DNA of 64,000 nt, from positions 1,408,001 to 1,472,000 of the forward strand of contig OZ245003.1 of assembly GCA_965223425.1 (NCBI GenBank), read 5' to 3'. Origin of the DNA: Nitrosopumilus sp. (GTDB lineage Archaea > Thermoproteota > Nitrososphaeria > Nitrososphaerales > Nitrosopumilaceae). Positions 1 to 10,713 of this stretch are shown here, in pieces. The translations under genes were made by a program, and so were the position numbers. The notes under the pieces are model-generated. The model did no database searches and was not told the DNA's origin. It saw only the letters and a list, made by a program, of their open reading frames with translations. Position 1 is the stretch's first letter, and every line of letters begins with the position of its first letter.

Positions 1-9
1 TGTACCAGA

Positions 10-228
10 TTATCTCAAGCATCTGTCTTGCAGCGCTATCCTTGCCTTTTGTTTTCCTCTCCTTTTTGCAATTCTTGAATGAAATGATTCCATCCTTATA
101 TCAAATTGTATCGTAGTGTTTGCAGCCTCTACCATTGCATTGCGTAGCCGTGCAGAATCCCGTTTTGTTATTCTGCCTCCTTTTTGCGTCTCTTCGTTGT
201 CCCTGTGCGATGGTGCAAGTATTAGCAT
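10..228 (-). pseudogene. IS110-family transposase C-terminal fragment
   Basis: GRITKRDSARLRNAMVEAA...RRGKQKARIAL resembles the Transposase_20 C-terminus; no N-terminal DEDD part. Confidence 0.75.
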
Positions 229-250
229 GTTGCACTATACTAGCTGGAGA

Positions 251-410
251 TCAGCTAAGCGAAGTGTGTCCCAAGCCTGAGATCATGTAGGCGGTTTGTA
301 CTGGCGTATGGGAAGTGATTCCAACTGCACCTTACACGTAAGCATGGCCATGGCTCTGCCTTTCAGTGCAATCAGAAAGCATTGCCCTGATGGTATTCTT
401 ATCATTCAAA
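251..410. mobile_element. Remnant end of an ISH3-like element (same family as 42382-43392)
   Basis: Starts TCAGCTAAGCGAA and aligns by eye for about 150 bp with 42383-42540. Confidence 0.7.
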
Positions 411-682
411 CGGTTCTTTGGAGAATATGTGGTGGCTCACAAATTTTGTAACATGGTAAAGGAACTAAAAATCAAGGTGTCACTGTATAACTTGTTTGAG
501 CACATGGTAACCACCTCATCGTAGTTGTAGTGATGGAACGATTCCTGTACTAGTGTTTGATGAACAATGAATCATTGTTTGGTTGTGCAACGCAACAAAA
601 CACGAAACAGTACTGGACAAAATCAAGTCACTCAAAAATCGTCTTGCGTATTACAGAAATGCCACCGAACCAACCTCGGTTT

Positions 683-1027
683 TCATTTTTCTGCCATCTC
701 CCTTATTTTTTTGTCCGCTATCTGAAATGCAAGTTTTTCCAAGGTCTTGCCTCTCCTTGAATTCGGATTAAGCTTAAACATTATTGCCCTGCCTACGTTT
801 CGTGTTCTGAGCAGAATTTTTTCTGACTCCAGACTGTGTACTACCCGTAGCGTGGTCTTTATACCGACGCCTGAAATGTCTGCAATGTCTACAATGGAAT
901 AGTCAAACTCCTTCATGGCTATCATGTGATCCAGTATCCTGGATTCCGAGCAAGGAAAGATGCTTGCCATGGGGCCAACCTCCTGCAGCTGCTGGTCTGT
1001 TACCTGCGGAGCATGTCTTTTTGCCAT
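683..1027 (-). CDS. Winged helix-turn-helix DNA-binding protein
   Basis: FDYSIVDIADISGVGIKTTLRVVHSLESEKILLRTRNVGRAIMFKLN HTH and wing pattern. Confidence 0.75.
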   Translation of the reverse strand: MAKRHAPQVTDQQLQEVGPMASIFPCSESRILDHMIAMKEFDYSIVDIADISGVGIKTTLRVVHSLESEKILLRTRNVGRAIMFKLNPNSRRGKTLEKLAFQIADKKIREMAEK

Positions 1028-1118
1028 GCCCTGTTACGGGTTACACCATATAAAAAATCACCCTGTATATGGTAATAAATTACCATATGATTATATCATA
1101 TCTGCCTGAATTTAAAAC

Positions 1119-1352
1119 GTGAAAGGCGGCAATATTGAAATCGCCGTACTGCGAAAGATGTATCTTCATGGCTATGGGCAAAAGACACACCTCATGGACA
1201 ATCTGCAAAAGAGTTTTCCAAAACATAAGCGCGGCAATGTAGACAAGACCGTAAAGAGACTGATCAAGAAAAACTGCATAATTGTAAAATCCACCGGCTA
1301 CGGGCAACATTGTTCGCTAAACACACAAAAAATCCATGAGATCATGCTGTGA
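1119..1352 (+). CDS. Small basic archaeal protein (wHTH-like), divergent partner of 683-1027
   Basis: DNLQKSFPKHKRGNVDKTVKRLIKK..KSTGYGQHCSLN resembles a small archaeal family; start uncertain. Confidence 0.5.
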   Translation: MKGGNIEIAVLRKMYLHGYGQKTHLMDNLQKSFPKHKRGNVDKTVKRLIKKNCIIVKSTGYGQHCSLNTQKIHEIML

Positions 1353-1449
1353 TCTGTGGATCGGATCAGAACCTGAAATGACTTTACATTTGCTCCTCAT
1401 CTTAAAACCATAAATATGGCATGCCGTCATCCTCGTCAGGTAACAATTA

Positions 1450-1926
1450 TTGCGCTTAAAAATTCTAGTCTCGATTGCAGTTGTGGCAATTGCTGTGGCA
1501 GTTCTAGTAGGTGTTGCCTCCCAGCCATACATGCAGGTTGCAAGTACGCCCGAATCAATCGTGCAGGAGACAGTCAGACAGACAATCAGCATGTACGATG
1601 CAGACAACCACGGCACTCTTGAGAGGATTAGCGCAATGGCACTCACCGATCCCCATTATCCGTTTGTCCTGAATCCCGACTCGCTAGCTGTTGTGGCACA
1701 CGGCGCAAACCCGCATCTTGTAGGAACGCCCTCTGTACTACTTGCCAATGCAGACAGGCCAACTGAAGTGATCATTGCAGATCTAGAACTCTACGGGTAC
1801 ACATGGGCAGAATACGTGTTTAAAAATCCTCAGTCAGGCGCAGAGGAGTCCAAGCACTCTTATCTTGTACTGCATGACGGATACATCTTTGGCTCCGGAT
1901 ACTATATGACGACTCCTGCGCCCTAA
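1450..1926 (+). CDS. Membrane-anchored single Cache-domain protein
   Basis: N-terminal TM; YPFV..VVAHG..WAEYVFKNP..EESKHSYLVLHDGYIFGSGYY is a Cache_2-like signature. Confidence 0.8.
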   Translation: MRLKILVSIAVVAIAVAVLVGVASQPYMQVASTPESIVQETVRQTISMYDADNHGTLERISAMALTDPHYPFVLNPDSLAVVAHGANPHLVGTPSVLLANADRPTEVIIADLELYGYTWAEYVFKNPQSGAEESKHSYLVLHDGYIFGSGYYMTTPAP

Positions 1927-2106
1927 GCAAGTACATGATATTGCATCTGTTAGATAGGCTTTCTTGATTAATGCCGGCAAACTGTATCAGGCAGTTTACC
2001 AAAATGCAGGTCTTCTGCGCAAATCAGTTCTTATGGCCAGATAGCGCAAATTCTGCATCTTTCCATGACTGTTTCAGCAGGAAGTCTTTTTTTTGATGTA
2101 TATAGG

Positions 2107-2180
2107 CGCCGCCCATCAGACTTGAACTGACGACCGTCCGATTAACAGTCGGATGCTCTACCACGCTGAGCTAGGGCGGC
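2107..2180 (-). tRNA. tRNA-Asn(GTT)
   Basis: Cloverleaf GCCGCCC...GGGCGGCG, anticodon loop CTGTTAA, T-loop TTCAAGT. Confidence 0.95.
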
Positions 2181-2253
2181 AACACGTTTGTACCTTGGTA
2201 AAAGTGATTTAATCCTTGCGACTATTCAAAACAGGCCCAAATTCAATCATCTG

Positions 2254-2541
2254 TCAGTTAAACTTGGAAAAGAACTCTTTGATTTCTTTTGAGTGGCCCT
2301 CTACTAACTCAATTATCTCCAGATGCTCACCAGGTGTGGGCTCTCTTTTGTGAACGACCTGAAACGCGCCAAGTGCCGAGCCTACCATCTCCCCTACAAA
2401 AAACCCGCACAAAAAATCGCCAACATTTGCACAATCCCATATATCCCCGACTCTGGGCGAGGCCCCTGATGTCTTGTATAGCTCCAATGTCTGCCTAATC
2501 AAACTCACTGTTTGCTTTGCAAATTCAGGATCAAGGGCCAT
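2254..2541 (-). CDS. Conserved thaumarchaeal hypothetical protein
   Basis: Clean 95-aa ORF directly after rpl6, host-like composition. Confidence 0.8.
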   Translation of the reverse strand: MALDPEFAKQTVSLIRQTLELYKTSGASPRVGDIWDCANVGDFLCGFFVGEMVGSALGAFQVVHKREPTPGEHLEIIELVEGHSKEIKEFFSKFN

Positions 2542-2558
2542 GCAAAAAGTCAGAAATT

Positions 2559-3119
2559 TTACTTGCCATCAATGCCTTTTCTCTTCTCATAGACGTAGAT
2601 GCCGTCTAGGAAGACCCTGTGATCCTTGTCTTTCACCTTGGTTTTTAACTCAATGTTTGCCGCAGTCTGCGTGATGTCTGTCCAGACCTCGCCGGTAAGA
2701 ATTACATCCTCGCCCTTTGGTGTTACCTTTGTATTTCCGACAATTTGCGTGCTTCTTGCCGCACGCTCCCCTTGAAAGTTTTCAATCAGGACTGTCCTCC
2801 CATCCACTTTGACTGTGATTGGAAAATGTGCAAAGACAACTTTCATCCTGACTGTGTATCCCTCTGTCAGGCCTTCACAGATGTTCCTGATGACTGATCT
2901 TGCAGTGTGCAGTATGGAGTAGTCCCTTTTTCTGAACCCCTTTGTCTTTAGCAAAATTCTGTTCTCCTGAATTTCTATGTTTACTGGAATCTCGCGAAAG
3001 CTCTTGAAGGTTTTGCCTAAAGGACCTGTAAACCCCAGCATGTGTTTTTTCTGCGTAACCTTGACTCCCTCTGGAATGGCTACCTCGTCTTGAAACTTTT
3101 CAGCCTGGTTAGTAGACAT
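2559..3119 (-). CDS. rpl6: 50S ribosomal protein L6
   Basis: HFPITVKV, KDHRVFLDGIY motifs; operon position. Confidence 0.97.
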   Translation of the reverse strand: MSTNQAEKFQDEVAIPEGVKVTQKKHMLGFTGPLGKTFKSFREIPVNIEIQENRILLKTKGFRKRDYSILHTARSVIRNICEGLTEGYTVRMKVVFAHFPITVKVDGRTVLIENFQGERAARSTQIVGNTKVTPKGEDVILTGEVWTDITQTAANIELKTKVKDKDHRVFLDGIYVYEKRKGIDGK

Positions 3120-3501
3120 ACCCTATCAAGAACCCCCCTATTCCTTTTTGCACTGCCTCATGATGGGACATTACCCCCTGGTTTGTTGTAACTAGAAGCA
3201 TCCCCCTGTTGTATGCCGGCAGGTACTGCTGCTCCCAGCTGGTAAACTCGTCGTTTTTTACTTTGAACCTCGGAGAGATTGCCCCGCACTTTGTTATCTT
3301 TGCCAACAGGTTTATCTTGAATTTTCCGCCCCTTTTATCATCGACATGTTCAAACTCCCCAATGTATCCGTCTCTCTGCAGAGTCTTTAGCACCTCAATT
3401 CCCAGTTTTGAGGTCGGAAGAACCGTACACTCGTTTCTCCTTCTTGCCTCATTGTTGTATAGCGTGACAAACAGGTTTGCCAAAATATTGGTTGCAGGCA
3501 T
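3109..3501 (-). CDS. rps8: 30S ribosomal protein S8
   Basis: GYIGEFEHVDDKRGGK, TTNQGVMSH, GGFLIGYVY. Confidence 0.97.
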   Translation of the reverse strand: MPATNILANLFVTLYNNEARRRNECTVLPTSKLGIEVLKTLQRDGYIGEFEHVDDKRGGKFKINLLAKITKCGAISPRFKVKNDEFTSWEQQYLPAYNRGMLLVTTNQGVMSHHEAVQKGIGGFLIGYVY

Positions 3502-3505
3502 AATA

Positions 3506-3685
3506 TCACTTGTTTTTCCTAAACCCCAACGACGTTGCCACCTCTCTGAAGCATCTTCTGCATATCATTAAATCGTATTTCTGTATGACTGCCGTATAGT
3601 CCCCGCATCTTTTGCACCATCTTGAACCCCTGCCAAACTCGTGCTTTTTTCTTCCAGTAAACTCGTATGATCTGTCCTTTGCCAT
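3506..3685 (-). CDS. rps14: 30S ribosomal protein S14 (uS14, 59 aa; below ORF-track cutoff)
   Basis: Manual translation MAKDRSYEFTGRKKHEFGRGSRWCKRCG...ICRRCFREVATSLGFRKNK; Zn finger; lies between rpl5 and rps8. Confidence 0.95.
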   Translation of the reverse strand: MAKDRSYEFTGRKKHEFGRGSRWCKRCGDYTAVIQKYDLMICRRCFREVATSLGFRKNK

Positions 3686-4206
3686 TATGCTACAGTCACT
3701 CCGAATTCTTTTGCCAGATAATCCTTTGCTTCCTGGCTTGTAATGACGTGGTGTTTTCCAACGCTTGCCTTGTGCTTGCTTCTTTTTCTGATCCCGTATC
3801 CCGGCCTTGCCAATGCAACTGAGACTCCCAGTCCCAAAATTCCAATCTGCGGATCATACTTTACGCCGGGAATGTCTATGTGCTCTTTGATTCCAAAAGA
3901 ATAATTCCCAAAGCTGTCAAATGACTTGCCGTTGACGGTGTTTCCTTTTGCGTCAAGCAGCCGTATTAGCAGTGCCCTGGCATCCTCGCCGCGAACAGTC
4001 ACTGCTGCCCCGATTGGCTCGCCCTTTCTGATCCCCCAGTCCCTCTGCGTTTCCCTTGCGTTGCGTGAACATGATTTTTTTCCTGAGATCTGATCAAGTG
4101 CCTTTTTTGCAATATCAATTGCGTCTCCGGACTTGCCTACGCCCATGTTTAGGACAATTTTTTCTAGAACAATTTTTTTCATTGGGGACTCTGTTGTTTG
4201 GGACAT
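3685..4206 (-). CDS. rpl5: 50S ribosomal protein L5
   Basis: LEKIVLNMGVG, FDSFGNYSFGIKEHID. Confidence 0.97.
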   Translation of the reverse strand: MSQTTESPMKKIVLEKIVLNMGVGKSGDAIDIAKKALDQISGKKSCSRNARETQRDWGIRKGEPIGAAVTVRGEDARALLIRLLDAKGNTVNGKSFDSFGNYSFGIKEHIDIPGVKYDPQIGILGLGVSVALARPGYGIRKRSKHKASVGKHHVITSQEAKDYLAKEFGVTVA

Positions 4207-4210
4207 GTTA

Positions 4211-4926
4211 TCACTTTAATTGAATTGCCGGCTCCTCTTTTCCTATTGCCATTATGATGTCAGACGGAATCTCGATCTTTCTATTCCCTAATACGAGAAC
4301 TGCCCTCTTTGGAAGAATGAATGTCCCCTCTTCCAGGCTTTCTACCTTGCCTATCTGTCCTGCATTAACTCCGCGCGTTACCAGGCACTGGCAACCTGCC
4401 TCTAGCTTGATTGTCTCAAGAATTTTTTGATCTGGAACCTGTATAAGACACGTGTCTCCGACGTTTATTTTGGTGTCCGAAATTGTTGAACGCCCGTCAT
4501 GGAATCCGATCTGCATTTTTCCTTTGTTGATTGTAGTCTTGCTTATCACCCTGACAAGTTTTTTTGTTTTTTCTGACTCGTTAATTTTGATTGGTTTTAG
4601 CAGCTTGTCCTCTGATGGAACAAGACGGTAGACATCTGAGACGTTTTCTAGCTCCACCACGTCCATTAGCCCGATTGCGTGATGCAGCGACTTTCTTACA
4701 ACCCCGTCAATTTTTACCTTACCTGAATATATCGAGGCCTTTGCCTCTCTGAGACTAGAGACGATCTTTAGCATGTCCCTTAGAAATACTGCTGTAGGTA
4801 CTGCGCGGTTCTTTTTGTGCGGGCCCGGTCTTACTGTAATTACGAACCTCTTGCTTTTTCTTGTAATTCCCCAAAACTGCGGAGCCATTTGGCGTTTGAG
4901 TTTTTTACTGCCAGACACGCTTACCA

Positions 4927-4927
<1 letters not shown>
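4211..4927 (-). CDS. rps4e: 30S ribosomal protein S4e
   Basis: KKLKRQMAP, PGPHK, GKVKIDG, HDGR. Confidence 0.96.
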
Positions 4928-5538
<611 letters not shown>

Positions 5539-5542
5539 TTTG

Positions 5543-5965
5543 TCATACCACCATTGATGCCAGGTTAGCTACCCTTGGCCACTTTTCTGAGGCTTCTGCT
5601 GCAACCGGTCCCTTGATGTCAGTTCCCCTTGTTTCCCCTTCGGGAGTAATTAGAACTGCCGCGTTGTCTTCAAAACAGACCCTTACGCCATTTAACCTGC
5701 GAACCGCATACTTTTGTCTAATTATAACTGCGCCATGCACCTGCTTTCTTAGCTCTGCCGGCCCCTTTTTTACAACCACGTTGCAAAAATCCCCCACTGA
5801 TGCTGATGGAAGTCGTGACGCTCTGGTTTTGTGTCTTGGAACATTGATTACTTCCAAAATCTTGGCGCCAGAATTGTCAGCACATGTAATTTCTGCACCA
5901 ACTGGAATTACTTTGGTCACGTATGGACGAAATTCCTCTACTCCCTTGCCTGCCTGTTTTGCCAT
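5543..5965 (-). CDS. rpl14: 50S ribosomal protein L14
   Basis: [22 protein letters not shown]. Confidence 0.97.
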   Translation of the reverse strand: MAKQAGKGVEEFRPYVTKVIPVGAEITCADNSGAKILEVINVPRHKTRASRLPSASVGDFCNVVVKKGPAELRKQVHGAVIIRQKYAVRRLNGVRVCFEDNAAVLITPEGETRGTDIKGPVAAEASEKWPRVANLASMVV

Positions 5966-6288
5966 TATGACTTAACCTCCACCACCACATACGATACGGA
6001 TTTTGATATTGGCCTGCACTCTGCAGTCAGTACGTAGTCCCCCAGCTCTGTGTCAATGCAGCCTGGCACGTGCGCATGAATCGTGCTCTTGCTTCTTGCG
6101 TATCTTTTAAACTTGTTAAAGTAGACTGGCGCCTCTTTTTGCAGCGTGATCGTCTGCTTTGCTTTGTTGCCTGTCACTTTGCCGTCAAAGAGCTTTCCTC
6201 TTACTGATAGGCTGCCATGGAACGGGCAGTTTCTATCTGCACATTCCTTTTTTGGCTCTTTTATTTTTAATCCGATGTTCAGGGTCAT
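5965..6288 (-). CDS. rps17: 30S ribosomal protein S17
   Basis: DRNCPFHG, ECRPISKS. Confidence 0.97.
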   Translation of the reverse strand: MTLNIGLKIKEPKKECADRNCPFHGSLSVRGKLFDGKVTGNKAKQTITLQKEAPVYFNKFKRYARSKSTIHAHVPGCIDTELGDYVLTAECRPISKSVSYVVVEVKS

Positions 6289-6554
6289 GCTTTTGCCCCC
6301 CCTATTCTGTCAAACGGCCTCTTTGCAATCTTTGAGCCATCAACTATGATCTCCTTGCCCCCGATTGAAAACCTCCAGCTGTTGTGTGACTTTGCCACTG
6401 ACTTTGCTCCTTTTTGCGTGTTAATCCTAAACATGGATTTTGTTTCATCAACTATTCTTCCATTTAATCCTATAATTTGTGGGTTTGTTGACTGGATAAT
6501 CTCCGTATCTAGCCCGATAAACTCGTGTGATGTGATGTTCTCTGCCGTAATCAT
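6285..6554 (-). CDS. rnp1: Ribonuclease P protein subunit Rpp29/Pop4
   Basis: HEFIGL..GRIVDETK; canonical position between rpl29 and rps17. Confidence 0.93.
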   Translation of the reverse strand: MITAENITSHEFIGLDTEIIQSTNPQIIGLNGRIVDETKSMFRINTQKGAKSVAKSHNSWRFSIGGKEIIVDGSKIAKRPFDRIGGAKA

Positions 6555-6757
6555 TTCTCTCTTCTCATCTCGTTTAGCCTGGTCAGCATTCTTGCAATGT
6601 CATGGCGGAGCGGTTTTAGTTTTCCGCTCTTTTTTCTTAGCGTGCCTTTGGCCCCGTCTACCCTAAGCTTTGTGAGTTCGCTCCGGGCCTCCTGAACCTT
6701 GCTTTTAAGATCTTTCTCGTTTAAATGCCTGATAGTTTTCATGCTGATTCTTGTCAT
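6551..6757 (-). CDS. rpl29: 50S ribosomal protein L29
   Basis: LRHDIARMLTRLNE. Confidence 0.95.
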   Translation of the reverse strand: MTRISMKTIRHLNEKDLKSKVQEARSELTKLRVDGAKGTLRKKSGKLKPLRHDIARMLTRLNEMRREK

Positions 6758-7536
6758 TATTTCATCTTTGCCTCCTCTTCCTCAAGCGTCTCGATTGTCT
6801 CCATCTTCTTTTGCTCGATCTCTATTACTTCTGACTCTGACTCGGCCTTGTCGTCTTTGCCCTCAGCCTTGATGGCCTCCACCTTGACATCCTTGATCTC
6901 CACTTTTTCCACCTTGATTGGTTTTTGCGTCTCTTTTTGCTCCTTGACCTTCTTTAGCTCAAATTCCGGGACAAGCTTTTCTTTTCTTGCAATTCTTATT
7001 CTGATGCCAATTAGCCCCATCGAAGTCTTTACATGCGCAATATCCTCATCAACGATGGTCTCTGCATGGTGTCCTGCCCGGGGCAGGATGCCTGCCGTGT
7101 GCTTTTCAAATGCTGAACGATCTCCCCTGAGTTTTCCAGAGATGGTTATCTGGACTCCCATGGCGCCGTTTTCCATTATTTGCTTTAGTGTCCACATTGT
7201 TGCCCTTCTAAATGCCGTTCCGCGCTCTATGTGGGATGCCATTCTGTTGCACATCACGCTTGGCGACAGCTCCGGCCTGTCAATTTCCACTACTGAGACT
7301 TGCGGGTTTTTTAATCCAAAGTCTGCTGCAAGCTTGTCTGTCAGGGCTCTGATTCCAGAACCCTTTCTGCCAATCACGATTCCCGGTCTTGTCACGTGCA
7401 GTGCAACCCTGGTTCCAGTCGGCGTCTTTGATATCTCTGCATGCGAAAAACCTGCGTCCTTGATTGCGTCTCTGAGATAGTCCTTGAGAAGCATCATGTT
7501 GTAGTTGTCCTTGATCACGTTTTTCACTGCCGACAT
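6757..7536 (-). CDS. rps3: 30S ribosomal protein S3
   Basis: KH motif [21 protein letters not shown]. Confidence 0.97.
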   Translation of the reverse strand: MSAVKNVIKDNYNMMLLKDYLRDAIKDAGFSHAEISKTPTGTRVALHVTRPGIVIGRKGSGIRALTDKLAADFGLKNPQVSVVEIDRPELSPSVMCNRMASHIERGTAFRRATMWTLKQIMENGAMGVQITISGKLRGDRSAFEKHTAGILPRAGHHAETIVDEDIAHVKTSMGLIGIRIRIARKEKLVPEFELKKVKEQKETQKPIKVEKVEIKDVKVEAIKAEGKDDKAESESEVIEIEQKKMETIETLEEEEAKMK

Positions 7537-7538
7537 GT

Positions 7539-7997
7539 CTAAACCTCCTGACCCACCAATTCCACGTGGGTCAACACGTTGTTTTTTGGGGTTGCCCTTC
7601 CCATTGCCCTTGGAATGAATCTTTTTACAGTTACGCCCTTGTGCACTGTTGCATTTACAATCTTCAGCCTGTCCAGGTCCATTCCCTTGTATTCTGCATT
7701 TGATTCCAAGTTGTCTAAAACCTTGACGAACTCCTTGGCTGTTTTTTGCGGATACCTGCCTGCCATCATTCCAGGATCTGCCTTGTGCCCTACCTGGTTC
7801 TTGAATCGCCTAAATGCCACTGCCCTGTCCTTGCTGATTACTGCGTGAAGGTAGTCCCTTGCCTTCTCAATTGAGAGTCCCTTGATTGCAACTGCCACTT
7901 CGCGCGCATGCTTGTGCGAAATGCCCTTTTCTCTTAATGACGAACGCACGTGTCTTGTCGCGTCATAATTTTGGAAAGCGTAACCGAACCTACCCAT
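7539..7997 (-). CDS. rpl22: 50S ribosomal protein L22
   Basis: [21 protein letters not shown]. Confidence 0.97.
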   Translation of the reverse strand: MGRFGYAFQNYDATRHVRSSLREKGISHKHAREVAVAIKGLSIEKARDYLHAVISKDRAVAFRRFKNQVGHKADPGMMAGRYPQKTAKEFVKVLDNLESNAEYKGMDLDRLKIVNATVHKGVTVKRFIPRAMGRATPKNNVLTHVELVGQEV

Positions 7998-8002
7998 AAT
8001 GA

Positions 8003-8398
8003 TCACTTTAGCGGCACGTAAAGACTGGATCTTGATGCCCCGACACCGGGTGCACCATGCGAGACTTTTTTGTTTGTTATGACATATTCTCCCAGGTAAT
8101 GCCCAATCATCTCTGTTCTGATTACGACCGGCCTGAACTCTTTTCCTGAAAAAACATTTACTGTAACATCTACCATGTAGGGCAGAATGATCAAATCCCT
8201 CACGTGGGTTTTGATTGGGTTCTTTAACTTGCCTGCTTTTGCAGATTTTATCTCTTCTATTAGCTTTCTTTTGCCGTCAGTGATTCCTCGGGTAAGGGAT
8301 CTTCTCTGTCTGGCGTTAAATAATCGGAATAGCTTCTCCAAAGACATGCCGCCTAGTTCCTCCTTTGGAATCCCCCTGTACAAAAATTCTTTAACCAT
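8003..8398 (-). CDS. rps19: 30S ribosomal protein S19
   Basis: KTHVRDLIILP, MIGHYLGEY, GASRSSLYVPLK. Confidence 0.97.
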   Translation of the reverse strand: MVKEFLYRGIPKEELGGMSLEKLFRLFNARQRRSLTRGITDGKRKLIEEIKSAKAGKLKNPIKTHVRDLIILPYMVDVTVNVFSGKEFRPVVIRTEMIGHYLGEYVITNKKVSHGAPGVGASRSSLYVPLK

Positions 8399-8442
8399 TC
8401 TTTTTCTCCTCTGTTGGTGTTCTTCGAGTTTTACGGTCCATA

Positions 8443-8709
8443 TTATAGCATTCCTATCTTTGTTGCCAAACCCCTGGCCTTTTCTGTATTTTCAAACTGA
8501 ACAAATGCCTTTTTGCCATAAATTGTCCTTGCGGTGTTTACGTTGATGGCATTTTCGTTGTAAAGTGTTTTAACGGCCTCAACAATTTGCGGCTTGCTTG
8601 CTGAAATTTCTACGATAAAACAAATCTTTCTCTCGTTTTCCACCATCGCAAATGTCTTTTCTGTAATGTACGGCTTGACAACAATCCTGCTTGCCTGATC
8701 TACGTTCAT
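8443..8709 (-). CDS. rpl23: 50S ribosomal protein L23
   Basis: PYITEK, VNT, GKKAFV. Confidence 0.95.
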   Translation of the reverse strand: MNVDQASRIVVKPYITEKTFAMVENERKICFIVEISASKPQIVEAVKTLYNENAINVNTARTIYGKKAFVQFENTEKARGLATKIGML

Positions 8710-9521
8710 TGTGTCTTCACCATTACCTCCAGATGCGTTGACTTTATTTCCCCGATCTCCCTTATTGCTGACTTTGAGTATACTGTCAGCCTGATTGGAT
8801 CAGAGCCGGGCGCCAAGTCCAACACGCTCAAATTTTTGACATTGGTTGCCTCTACGCCGGGAAGGGCGCCTATTGCCTTTGATATGTTTGATGAATCAGT
8901 AGTTACAAACAAAACGCTCTTTCCCACCTTCTTGCCCCTTCCCCTAAGCAATGGTTTTCCAGAACGCGGCTTTCTTGATTCCAGTCTCTTGACGTCCTGT
9001 GAGAGTTTTAGGGAATCTAGTACCTTGATCATCTCGCTTGTCTTGGAAATCGATTCAATGTCATCAGACACTATGATTGGAAATGACTCGATGCCCTCGA
9101 CTTTGTGTCCGCGTGACTCTATGAGATCCTTTGACGCAGTTGCAGCGATTGCAGAACACAACGCTAGCTTTTTTTCCTTTTTGTTTAGTTTCTTGTAAAT
9201 TATCCTGTCTACAATTGGCGGATGTGCCTGTCTTCCTCCCCTCGTTGATGCAACCTCGGCCCCCTGGCCTTGCCTTCCTCCGCCCCCGCCGCTCATTCTG
9301 GCAACGCGGGATACGCCCTGGCCTGTCGGAGGATCGTTTGAATCTGCAACAACGTCCATGCCTGCTCGCGGCTTTCTTCCCTGTGGCTGGAACTTGTGCG
9401 AGTTTAGGTTGGTGAATGTTTTGTGGATTAACTCTCTTCTAAACGGAGTTGAGAACACTGGCGGAAGCTCCACCTCGTCATCTTTTGCTCCAGCAGTTGT
9501 GTATGTTGCCGTCCTTGTCAA
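8706..9521 (-). CDS. rpl4: 50S ribosomal protein L4
   Basis: TGQGVSRVAR, RGGRQAHPP, LDLAPG. Confidence 0.97.
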   Translation of the reverse strand: MTRTATYTTAGAKDDEVELPPVFSTPFRRELIHKTFTNLNSHKFQPQGRKPRAGMDVVADSNDPPTGQGVSRVARMSGGGGGRQGQGAEVASTRGGRQAHPPIVDRIIYKKLNKKEKKLALCSAIAATASKDLIESRGHKVEGIESFPIIVSDDIESISKTSEMIKVLDSLKLSQDVKRLESRKPRSGKPLLRGRGKKVGKSVLFVTTDSSNISKAIGALPGVEATNVKNLSVLDLAPGSDPIRLTVYSKSAIREIGEIKSTHLEVMVKTQ

Positions 9522-10510
9522 ACCACCACCTCCAGAATATTTGGCTTGGTAACCTTTGCTGGGACATTTCGAATTTGGCTTCGAAGCTTGATCAATCTTC
9601 TGTACGTTCCAGGTACAGAGCCTTTTAGAATGACAAAATCCCCTTTAACCAATCCAAAGTGCTTGTATCCGCCGTCGGGATTGATCTTGATTTGCTCGTC
9701 ATTTGTGTTTCCCATTATCATGATTCTTTTGTCATATTCCACTCTTTGGTGGAATCCCATCTGTCCTGCCCTTGGAACCGTATACATGACGCTTTGTGGG
9801 GAGATTGGCCCGAGTGAACCTACTTCCCTGACTGACTTTCTTGATTTGTGTTGCTTCTTCTTTACGTTCCATCTTTTGAGAACCCCCTGCCATCCCTTGC
9901 CTTTGGTAATTGCCGCAACATCAACACTTGAACCCGTTTCAAAAATCTGATCAATCTTTATTTCTTTTCCAAGCAACTCCTTGACATGCGTAAACTGCTT
10001 TTGCGCGTCTCCCCCGCTAACTGATGCCTCAAAAATGTATGGTTTCTTCTGCTCTAACCCTGCCGCACGTGGAGAGACTGCAACGATTGCAAATATCTCC
10101 TTTATCTTTCTTAACCTTTTTTCTGCGTCCTCTAATGCGCCGTCTTTGTTTTTAAACGTAATTTCTTTTGTAATGTATTTTGGAATGTCTTCGGCATACA
10201 CGTCAAACTCTGCGTGCAACCCGTCATGATCTTTTGAATAGCCCCTTATTCCTAAAATTAGCACCGGCGGTGTCACCAGCACTGTTCCAAGACTGACAAG
10301 CTGCTTTCCTGCATTGGGCGTCTTTTCACGGTCATCGATGCTTACGATCTGAACGCAGCCTGCCTTGAAACCACAATGGGCTAAAATCTTTGGTTCTTCT
10401 GAATCCAATTTTGGCCATGCCCTGATTCGCGCCTCCATGCTTTTGGCACGAATTCTTGGCGAATATGCAAGGCTTCCCCTGCGTGGCGAATGCCGTTTTC
10501 TAGCTCCCAT
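9518..10510 (-). CDS. rpl3: 50S ribosomal protein L3
   Basis: PRRGSL, GFKAG, TKGKGWQG, RAGQMGFHQR. Confidence 0.97.
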   Translation of the reverse strand: MGARKRHSPRRGSLAYSPRIRAKSMEARIRAWPKLDSEEPKILAHCGFKAGCVQIVSIDDREKTPNAGKQLVSLGTVLVTPPVLILGIRGYSKDHDGLHAEFDVYAEDIPKYITKEITFKNKDGALEDAEKRLRKIKEIFAIVAVSPRAAGLEQKKPYIFEASVSGGDAQKQFTHVKELLGKEIKIDQIFETGSSVDVAAITKGKGWQGVLKRWNVKKKQHKSRKSVREVGSLGPISPQSVMYTVPRAGQMGFHQRVEYDKRIMIMGNTNDEQIKINPDGGYKHFGLVKGDFVILKGSVPGTYRRLIKLRSQIRNVPAKVTKPNILEVVV

Positions 10511-10601
10511 GTTAAGACGCATCATCGGAGCCCCTCTATTAAACCATGTGAGATATCGTTAACCACTACAAAAATATTGGTTAACCAACTATTCCTGAAC
10601 T

Positions 10602-10712
10602 TTACGGCATCAGCAGATCAGATGCCGCACCCCAAATAGTGATCCCGCCAATTATGATTCCTGCAGCACCCATTCCGATGGCCAGCAACAAGAAATTTTT
10701 TCTTTCTGCCAT
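10602..10712 (-). CDS. Small single-TM protein (36 aa)
   Basis: Manual translation MAERKNFLLLAIGMGAAGIIIGGITIWGAASDLLMP; starts immediately after the SPOUT gene stop. Confidence 0.55.
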   Translation of the reverse strand: MAERKNFLLLAIGMGAAGIIIGGITIWGAASDLLMP

Positions 10713-10713
10713 G

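Noticed and set aside
8399-8442. rpl2 missing between rpl23 and rps19; operon ends at rpl6
   Set aside because: To my knowledge this is the usual thaumarchaeal arrangement, with these genes located elsewhere.
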